Source of the DNA: Chrysomallon squamiferum
Taxonomy: Eukaryota > Animalia > Mollusca
Direction: 5' to 3'
Assembly (NCBI GenBank): GCA_012295275.1
Contig: CM022678.1
Coordinates: 9,486,001 to 9,550,000, forward strand
DNA length: 64,000 nt
Position 1 is the stretch's first letter. Every line of letters starts with the position of its first letter. The position numbers were made by a program, and so were the translations under genes. Positions 53,501 to 64,000 of the stretch are shown in pieces. The notes under the pieces are model-generated. The model had not been told where the DNA came from, searched no databases, and saw nothing but the letters and a program-made list of their open reading frames with translations.

Positions 53501-54048
53501 AATGTAAAATAGTATATGTCCTTTACCCTCACTTTGACCTTGACCTACATAATTTTCAGTTATACTTGTGTTAGTGGAGTATCAGACACTGAAATTACAC
53601 TTACTGGTTCATCTGGTGTTGAGATTCAGAGAAACAGTGGCTTCCAGTTATGTCCCCTTGACTGGAAATACATCAGCTGTGATGGGTGATGTTTGAGGAG
53701 GTTTCCTAGGCTTTGTTGGAGATGTTGTCCTCTTTCTGGGAGTCTCGTCTCCTTCCTCTGCTTTTGAATGATTTAAGTGTTTTTCTTTGGCTGCTTTTAG
53801 CTCAGCTGACATTAAAGGTTCAAGTTTTTCTCCATGATCACGTACATTCGACTGTTGAGATTGGTCACCTGGTGTGACACTCTTCAACTTCTTGCTGTCA
53901 GCATCGTTGTAGTTCAACATGGTCGGCTGCAGTGTCTGTGTGGCTCAAGGTCATCAACATTGAGCTGATCACTTGCAGAACTTTGACTCGACATTAACCA
54001 AGAAAGTGGACAACTCACTGGTCTGATTCTGATTGGTGGGTGCCTCAT
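50550..54048 (-). pseudogene. CAMSAP: Copy E: CAMSAP central exon (52794-54048) plus gene X exons (including 50858-51088 and the extra exon about 50560-50752)
   Basis: ORF 53648..53920 has LEPLMSAELKAAKEKHLNHSKAEEGDE; exon order is colinear with copy C. Confidence 0.8.
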
Positions 54049-55048
54049 CTGAGCAGATAAATAAAAAAAAATAAAAAAATCAATCTATCAATAAAATACT
54101 TTATCTGATATTAAATAAATAAACAAATCAAATATTAAATAAATAAACAAACAAATCAAATATTAAATAAATAAGCAAACAAATCAAATATTAAATAAAC
54201 AAACAAATCAAATATTAAATAAATAAACAAACAAACAAAGTAAATAAATAAACAAATAAAATATTAAACAAAGTATTAATCAGTTTTCTTTCTTTCTCCC
54301 CAATTCAACAAAGAAATCTATTATTTTATACTGTTATTGTTATAATTACTACAACAAAAACAACAACTACTACTACTACTACAACTACTGGCCCTGTTGC
54401 CACAGCTACTTTTCTTTTTACTTTTATCACAACAATTTCTCATTTAACTGTCATATACTCACACTCCCTCTATTACTTCTACTACTCCAACAACAAAATT
54501 ACTATTAGTATGATTGGGCGTTTATTTATTTATTTCCTTCCATTCATTTCCAAAATATACATGAAACATGTCTCGGGTTAACACCAATTCCGTGGTTTAT
54601 CTCCCCCTTGCTCAGCTTTGTACTGAATTCGTTTTCCTTCAAAATAAAGCGCGCACTCTAATATCAAAATGAACGATATTATTTCATTACACGGCTATGA
54701 CCAGACGCATTCATCGCAACAAAAACAAACCAGGCGGATTAAACCGAATATTTCCCTTTGGTTTCAGTTATATTCATATAGTTTTTATTACCGTTATTTA
54801 TTTTCGTATGCGGATATTTTAATTTTAATTTTATTATTATTATTATTGTAAAAGAAACTTTCAGGGGACGTAACTCCCATTCTCCTTCAGATTTTAACTA
54901 TGCACTTCTTCAGTTAAATTTAACATCACTTTTCCATCGGTCACAGGACAAATCCAATAACGTCAGTGTACAGTATAATAAGGTCAGAGATAAATCCTAT
55001 CTACGTAAAGACTACGTGGCCGGAGACAACTCCGTGCTAACTATCGTA

Positions 55049-55460
55049 TTAGTTTACACTGAAACACTGATTAGTTTGTAGAGATCATCAGAGAATAAAA
55101 GTCATTAATGTAATATTTTATTATGTGTCTCTATTCATTTATCCTTTCATTCATCTATCTTTTTACACCTCCAGTGTCTTTGTGAGTGTTTATGTGTGTG
55201 TGTGTGTGTGTGTGTGTATTTGTCTGTATGTATGTATTTATGTGTGTATCTATGTATGTGTGTATGTATGTGTGTGTGTGTGTATGTATGTATGTGTGTG
55301 TACGTATGTGTGTATGTGTATGTGTGTTATGTATGTGTGTGTGGATGTGTGTATGTGTGTGTAAACGAACCAACTCCTGGCCTGTCATTATCATTTTATT
55401 TATTTATTTATTTATTTTTATTTTTATTTATTTTTTATTTATTTATTTATTTATTTATTT

Positions 55461-55495
<35 letters not shown>

Positions 55496-57080
55496 TATAC
55501 AAATAAGCAGACTGGACAAACCAGGAGTCTGTTTCAATCACAGGTGACAACATTTGTGACAAACTGGAAGTTTCAGCTTGATGTGATTGTGAGAAAAAAA
55601 AGATTCTTTGTGCTTAGATTAATCACTGGATTCATGTATACGTGTGGAAGTATGGGACTGAAAGATGGATGGATGATGAATAAGAGATATAAATGGATGA
55701 AGTAAAATGGTTAGCCTGGTTAGAATAGGGAGGGATGATATATTCACATAATATCCAAATAAAATAACTCACTGGATATTTGGGTATGGGTGTGTGTGTG
55801 TGTTCACATTAACATTTATATATAATTTGTGAGAGCTTGTGATTCATTTTTATTTATTTGTTTATCTACAATATCTCTGGCATGTTTTGATAATGATAAT
55901 TTTGATGTGATAATTATAACAGTAAAGATTCAAATTAATAAACAAATAATAAAATACTTTCAAATATGAATATTTTTTTTAAATGAACTGTTGTAGTAAA
56001 ATATCTCAACAGTACCTATTATATTCACATTTACTATAGTATCTACTACACTGTATCTGCTATACCCATAGTATACTACTATATCCCATATCAACTATAT
56101 TCCATATCTACTAGAGTCATATAAATGATATCCATACTTGATTTCAGAATGTTTGATGCACTTCTTAGTGGTACCTACAGGTGTGATTCCAAGTTATGAA
56201 CACATACAAGATAAAATTACATCATTTTATTTACCTGTTCATAGGCTCTGCATTTTTTGTACATCTACAGGTGGAACTAAAAATAGACATGGATAAGATT
56301 TTGTGCGTGCGTTTTGAAAGAAATATAATCCAAAATGCATGTTTGTTTTTTCTTTAAAATCCAAAATAAGATTACACCTGTTTATTTATTTATTTATTTA
56401 ATTTTCTTACACTAAACAGTTTAAACTAGACTTTGATTTTTCATTTTATTTTGTTACAACACATTTCAGAATCAGAAAATTCAAATAATTTTATAGACCT
56501 TCTAATTAATATACCTATGAATTTATCCATTTAATAAATTTACTTAATATAATTGTAACAGAAGAAATTATGATTATTAAATACTTTATTTGGGTTAATA
56601 TGTCAAAACAATATAAATAAAAATTATCCTCATAAATAGGAATTTGTTACTCCAGTTTGATAATGTTGGCTAAAAAATTATAATTGAAAACAAAATAATT
56701 TGCAATATTTATTTCAACAAAAATACTTTTTCATATGAAAAATATAATTTTAGAAAAACTACTAAAAATTATAAGACTTCTGATTTATCCAGTAAAACTA
56801 TATTAATAAAATATAGACTATAAAATAAAAAAGAATACCAAGACATTTGTTTACAAAAATGTTTTAAATTAATATATAATTTGACAAAGTAACCTGCAAA
56901 TTACTAATTAAGTAAATTTCTAATTTCTGATTTTATCTTCGAAACAACAAATACATGCCAATGTAGGTTTACATATTTCCTTCCATTTTATGTTTTATTG
57001 GGTAAATCTTTACCACAAGTCTTAGTATTTAATTATTATTTAATATTTGGATTATATGATAAAGTAAAAAAAAAAAAAAA

Positions 57081-57146
<66 letters not shown>

Positions 57147-57693
57147 TACAAAACAACAAATATATTTTAAATTTTTTTGTTTTTAAAAATGTCTTCCTTA
57201 AAATAAACAATTTTTTATTATTTTTTTTTTTTTAATGTAAATAATCAGTAATTTCTATGATCAATCATATTCTCTTTCTTTTCAAATTTATATCATAAGA
57301 CTTAATGTCATATTTTTCACCACTGTTTGAAATACACTTTGAAATAAACATCATTTTCCCTATCATGTATTGTCTGAATGTTTTTATTTTTCTCACTCAT
57401 TAGTATCATTTGAAATATTTGTTCTTGTTTAAGACTACTGCAGACTTGACTGTACTTGGTGCTGTGTCTGGTCAAACATTTTTCTCACTGCTGTGACTGA
57501 CTGAAAAAAGAGGCAGAACTGAATCCAGCATCTGTTTCATGACTTCTGAATCAGTCTGGCATCAACTATCAAAACTTTGATAGCAAAACTCAAATCTTCA
57601 TCAAACTTGGACACAGATTTTCATTTCTGCTTTCACATGTCTGTGCACTGAACTCCATCAAACCATCCTAAATAATAATAATAATAATAATAA

Positions 57694-57724
<31 letters not shown>

Positions 57725-57754
57725 AAGAAGAAGAAGAAGAAGAAGAAGAAGAAG

Positions 57755-57789
<35 letters not shown>

Positions 57790-60700
57790 CGGTAATAATT
57801 ATGATATTAACAGCATGAATAATAGTAGTGAAAATATCTACTGCTTTAATATTAATACTAATAATTTTTATTACAATAAAGTAATACACACTATATATAT
57901 ATATTTGCTGTTAGGGCTAATTAATTTACTGCTTCTAAACTTACTTATCTATATTTTGCATCAATTCAATTGAAAATATTAAGTAGCTATTGTTCACTGA
58001 AATGGGTAGACCTTTCTTTAAAAATCACTTATTAAGAAATATTAGAAATCTGACTTCCACAGTTACATCAATGACACATGAGAGACAGACTTTCACTGGA
58101 ATTGTTTCATTCAGGATGATATTTCTACCACCTGAATCAAAGTGTATAATTACTTGTTGTCTGCCATGTCAAGTCTACTATTTCAAGTCAGTGGAACCTC
58201 AAGTCTCAGATCCTAGGTTCCTTAGGTTTGTAAATTGTAATCTTTACTGTAGAGGTAATTGTGTACTGTTATCTATCATAATCCACCTGGATTCATTTTA
58301 TTTATAAACAAACAACTGTGGTTTATTGTCAATCTCTAATCAACTCTAAACAATGAATTTATGTAGCTATTCATGATCTTCCATGTGACCAGCTAGTGGT
58401 AACCAGTCTTCAAATGCAGTAATTGGTCACAACCACAAACCTCTATCAATTAACTGAACAGTGTGAAAAGGAAATATCTAAAATTGATGTAACTGGAAAA
58501 TTTGGAAGCATTATTTTTTATGAGATCTGATTACCCACAAATATTCCTGATATTGATAGAAGGATAACAAATTTCTCAGATGTCTGCAATTGGAACAGTT
58601 AATAACTGAACAATGGTTGTGGCCTCCCATTACAGAATGATTGGTTTTGTCCACCAATTTACAAGTAGGACTGTTTTGCAGAGATCTCGCAATTTGCATC
58701 CTTGAATTACCCGGCAATGGGCACATGCGCAGTGGAATGTGAAATATCTCAATTAACAGTTGACTCTAAAACCCAATATATTATAATTTAGAAAATTCAC
58801 TTTTCTTTTGAAAACCAAGAACACAATTAAAAACTAATTCTTTGCTTGGACATGTACACACTTTTAAATGAGATAATAAGAAAAACAAAAACTAATAAAA
58901 ATGAATAACCATTTGTAATATTTTATTTTAAACCTATTTAAAAAATCTGTTTTTACAGAATACAACATTCCTAAATGTTGTGTCACCAGATGAACTGCTG
59001 CTATCATTTTACTGTTACTGACAGTTATCTTTGTCAGTAGAATAACATTAAAACCATTTTTCTCAACAATCTAAATCAAATACAACAAGGTGTAACAAAA
59101 AGGGCAGTACCTGAGGTAAATGAAGATTTTATAACAGAGCTGGGATTCTTCCTCCAGTTTGTTCAGATTGTAGTCAGCTGATGTTTCACCAGAAATCTTC
59201 ACAGTCAGGTAGACTTGAAGTGTCTCACACCAGAGAACTGTGTGAAATTACAAAAATATGTGATATACTGAAATTTAAAAAACAATCACATTTAGCTATC
59301 ATCACAGAAGTCATAAAACAAATGTTTATAATAATAACAATAACAAAATAAAAATAACAATAATGATGATGATGATTAAAACAGATAAATAAATTATATT
59401 AATAATAATAATGATGACAGTAAGAAGAAAAACAATAAACTGAAATCATAAATAAATAAATAATCCATTTAACGAAGGACCCTGTCTAATAATAAAGATT
59501 TTTTCATGATTTTATCTTTTCATTTTTCATTATTTTCCCCAATCCTTGACAATTTTAGGCTACTTAATTATTGCATAAATACATTAAATTCCTTACAAAT
59601 GTTACAGAGAAATAAAACTTTTGCTACATACCAGAGGAAAGTGGTTTCAGCTGTTTTTCAGATAATCCTCACAGGTTCTTGATAAAACAAAATTGGCATC
59701 TATGAAAAAAAATAAAAAATCAGAAAAAGAAAATTGTATCTGATCATTCTTTGAAGCTAAATTTTCTATCAAACAAAATTTATAATTAAAATAAACCATA
59801 TATCTGTGATACTTAAGGATTGTCATTCTTATAAACTAAATAAAAAAAACAAAAACAACTAACCTCTGAATCCAGTGAAAATGCAGGTGACATCACATCA
59901 CCAACAGCAGATCAAAATGCTGAAGAAGGATTTCAACTTTCAGTAACAAGCAGTCACAGTTTCTGAAATACTGAACATAGAAAAAACTGAGTTGTATAAG
60001 CATATAACAAAATACATGCATAAAAATACAATAAATGGTTATAGTTAAAAACTTTTATCTAATTATATATTTCTCTACATTAAATATTTAAATAAAACTT
60101 TTAACAATAAAAAAAAATATAAAATTTCCTGAATATAAGACAATTATTTCTCTATTATTTGAAATTTTAGAGATCATACATTACTTTATTTTCATATTAC
60201 AGAAACACAGACCAGGAAATTCTAATAAATAAATACACATATTATTTAATATATCAATACATTTTCTTTGTGGAAATTTCTTACACAACCCTAGTTGAAA
60301 ATCAAGTTCAGATTATCTGCATATAATTGATACATCATGAATATTCATAACTATAATGGCAAATAAATCAGTTTTTAAAAAACTATTTAAATTGTCAAGT
60401 AATGAACTAAGCCAAGTAAAACTATTTGAAACATGTCAACATTCTGAATAAACAATATTTGTGTTTTAATCTTATGTGTGGCTCTTACTACAGAAATGGG
60501 GTTTATGGTTTTTCTGACAAGCCTAGATCCAGTTTCTTCAGTACACTCCTGTACCTCATCATGCAGCTTGAGGACTTTGTAAGCTACTTAAACACTGCAA
60601 ACTCTGATCAGACTGTGTGAATGTACACTCTGATCTGCATCTACAATGGTAAGCCCTGTTTCTGCAGTCAGAACCACACATAACAATAACAACCCATTCT

Positions 60701-63645
60701 TCCAGTTAAAGGACACAACTGATTCATATGTTTGTCAATGCACAGCCAACTTTACAATCTCATCAACCAGTGACAGTGAGTCTTCTGATTCCTCACTGAT
60801 CAAAAAGTCAAGTGGAAAGCTTTCCCTGCAGCACAGTGTATTCATTCTTCCTAAGACCAATCACTTGTTCAAGATGAATCTAACATGGTCAGTTTGTCTC
60901 GACATCCACAGACAGTGATGTGAAACACCATTAGTAAACATGGGATTTGTTCATTTACACACACAGCAATGTCAGACTCAGTCTGCTAATACAAAGACTC
61001 CTGGAAGAAGTTTATTCAATAAAATACTATCAAAAATATGTTTTGTTGTTGTGTTTGTATGAAGTCCAAATCTGTGCTCATTAATTTTTTCAGACACAGT
61101 ATAAATACTTTAAAACAACCTATTACCACTACTGTCTTCTGATCAAAGTGTTTTCTGAATTCTGTTTCTTAGGATTAATGTAAACATCAAGGTTAATGTA
61201 AAATGGCATATGTCCTTTACCATCACCCTCACCGTGACCTTCACCTACATAATTTTCAGTTATCCTTGTGTTAGTGGAGTATCAGACACTGAAATCACAC
61301 TTACTGGTTCATCTGGTGTTGAGATTCAGAGAAACAGTGGCTTCCAGTTATCTTCCCCTTGACTGGAAATACATCAGCTGTGATGGGTGATGTTTGAGCA
61401 GGTTTCCTAGGCTTTGTTGGAGATGTTGTCCTCTTTCTGGGAGTCTCGTCTCTTTCCTCTGCTTTTCAATGATTTAAGTGTTTTTCTTTGGCTGGTTTTA
61501 GCTCAGCTGACATTAAAGGTTCAAGTTTTTCTCCATGATCACTGACATTCGACTGTTGAGATTGGTCACCTGGTGTGACACTCTTCAACTTCTTGCTGTC
61601 AGAATCGTTGTAGTTCAAAATGGTCGGCTGCAGTGTCTGTGGGGCTCAAGGTCACCAACATTGAGCTGATCATCGGCAAAACTTTGACTCGACATTAACC
61701 AAGAAAGTGGACAACTCGCTGGTCTGATTCTGATTGGTGGGTGCCTCATCTGAGCAGATAAATAAATAAATAAACAAATCAATCAATAAAATACTTAATC
61801 AAATATTAAATAAATAAGCAAACAAACAAATCAAATATTAATAAAAAAAAATAAAAAAAAAAAATATATATTAAACAAAGTATTAATCTCTTTTCTTTCT
61901 TTTTCCCCCAATTCAAGTAAGATATCTATTATTTTATACTGTTATTGTTAAAATTACTACAACAAAAAACAATTACTACTACTACAACTGCTCCTGTTGC
62001 CACAGCTACTTTTCTTTTTACTTTTATCATAACAATTTCTCATTTAACTGTCATATACTCACACTCCCTCTATTACTTCTACTACTGCAACAACAAAATT
62101 ACTATTAGTACTTCTACTACTACTACTACAACTAGTACTATGACTATAGCTAGTATTTTTCTGACTATTAGTCACACAAGATACATTATGATCACAAAGC
62201 ATCACTGGCTAAAATATCACCTATTACTACAAACAAGAGCTATTATTATTAATTACTAACACTACTACAACAATGGGCTGTACTACTATTACTGCTGTTA
62301 CTGTAACAACAACAACAACCTCTGCAGATGATTCTGTTTCTGCCAGGCTAGTACAGATTCTTTGATGACATTTCTGTCCTGTGGCAACCTCGCAGAATTA
62401 GCTCTTCATGTGTACCCAGCAGTGTCTGTAAAACAGTAGCCTTTTATTTATTTATATATTTATTTATTTGTAGTTAGTTTCTTTACTTATTTATTTATTT
62501 GCAGATATATGAAATATTTCTCTTTCTGAAGATAAACATATTTTTTATTTTTTTGAAATTACTAAATTATAAATATACTAAATTCTTAGAATCAAATTAT
62601 AGTAAACACTAAGGCTAAATTAATTTTTGAACTTTCAAATCAAAATAAAATAAAGCAGATTGCATTCTGGCAAGTTCAAAACAAAACAAGAAATGGTTTT
62701 TATTACTACAAATATAAGCTAAAAAGAAATTAAACAATGCTTATGGAAGTATGGAAATATGGAAGAATACTAATTTATCAGCCTATTTGTATACTACAAT
62801 TACTTTACTTATTATTATGGACTCTACTTGCTAAGTTATCAAGCTATTTGTATACTACAATTACTTTACTTATTATTATAGACTCTCCTTGCTGAGTTAT
62901 CAAGCTATTTGTATACTACAATTACTTTACTTATTATTATGGACTCTACTTGCTAAGTTATCAAGCTATTTGTATACTACAATTACTTTACTTATTATTA
63001 TGGACTCTCCTTGCTAAGTTATCAAGCTATTTGTATACTACAATTACTTTACTTATTATTATGGACTCTCCTTGCTAAGTTATCAAGCTATTTGTATACT
63101 ACAATTACTTTACTTATTATTATGGACTCTCCTTGCTAAGTTATCAAGCTATTTGTATACTACAATTACTTTACTTATTATTATGGACTCTACTTGGTTA
63201 TCAAGCTATTTGTATACTACAATTACTTTACTTATTATTATGGACTCTCCTTGCTAAGTTATCAAGCTATTTGTATACTACAATTACTTTACTTATTATT
63301 ATGGACTCTCTTTGCTAAGTTATCAAGCTATTTGTATACTACAATTACTTTACTTATTATTATGGACTCTCCTTGCTCTAATCTGCTTTTCTTACTTTTA
63401 TTATTGAGAATATATTACCAATAGGAAAACTAAGAAGAATGTAAATGAATCAGATTAGTTAATGTGTGAGCTTTTCATACCAGTTTTTTGATAAACTTCT
63501 CTTTCTGTTCTGCTGTCTGTGTGTGTCCCATTCTGATGTTTAGATAACAACACTTGTCTGATTTGTGATATATGTCTGAAAAAGTAAAAACAAAGATAAT
63601 TTCATTTTTTTATTGTTTTTATTAGTAACATTATTTAGCGTTATA
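55049..63645 (-). pseudogene. CAMSAP: Copy F: CAMSAP exons (63481-63575, 62320-62425, 60489-61749) plus gene X exons (58535-58765, 57945-58453, 57406-57667 and others)
   Basis: Colinear near-identity with 4031-14370; exon lengths 231, 509 and 262 nt are phase-compatible. Confidence 0.85.
62770..63380. repeat. 61 bp minisatellite (about 10 units), same family as 16607-17450
   Basis: Same unit. Confidence 0.95.
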
Positions 63646-63692
63646 TGAGCTTTTTTAAATGACGTCATTAGCAATGAACTGAAGTATACCAA

Positions 63693-63892
63693 NNNNNNNN
63701 NNNNNNNNNNNNNNNNNNNNNNNNNNNNNNNNNNNNNNNNNNNNNNNNNNNNNNNNNNNNNNNNNNNNNNNNNNNNNNNNNNNNNNNNNNNNNNNNNNNN
63801 NNNNNNNNNNNNNNNNNNNNNNNNNNNNNNNNNNNNNNNNNNNNNNNNNNNNNNNNNNNNNNNNNNNNNNNNNNNNNNNNNNNNNNNNNNNN
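63693..63892. other. Assembly gap (200 N)
   Basis: N run. Confidence 1.
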
Positions 63893-63986
63893 ACCTACGA
63901 GGACTTTCTCACAGAGCTGTTCTTCTGGTTTGAAATGATAAAACTGACAGAGACAGGACAGCTGCTGAATGACCAGGAAGCAGAAA
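63893..63986 (+). pseudogene. CAMSAP: CAMSAP CH-domain exon 3' part, opposite orientation (copy G)
   Basis: TYEDFLTELFFWFEMIKLTETGQLLNDQEAE followed by gtaagt; reverse complement of 15861-16010, lacking 42 nt and retaining GAA where copy C has TAA. Confidence 0.88.
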
Positions 63987-64000
63987 GTAAGTTTTGTGAG

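Overview
This is AT-rich, CpG-depleted, microsatellite-dense eukaryotic (animal) DNA with two 200-N gaps; a mollusc-like source is only a guess. I could not assemble any intact protein-coding gene. The window is a graveyard of segmental duplications built from a CAMSAP/Patronin (microtubule minus-end binding) gene. At least six minus-strand partial copies and one plus-strand copy together carry N-terminal, CH-domain, central and CKK-domain exons, mostly damaged by stops or frameshifts. In three copies the CAMSAP 5' half runs into a chain of phase-compatible exons of a second, unidentified gene (gene X). Another copy is followed by exons of unidentified gene Y. A plus-strand segment holds an unidentified gene Z plus calcium-binding EGF exons. 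Four L1/Tx1-clade LINE fragments look like complementary pieces of one ancestral intronic insertion. Many minisatellites (24-81 bp units) have expanded in only one paralog, two of them inside exons. Family assignments rest on motifs I recall from known proteins, not on database searches.
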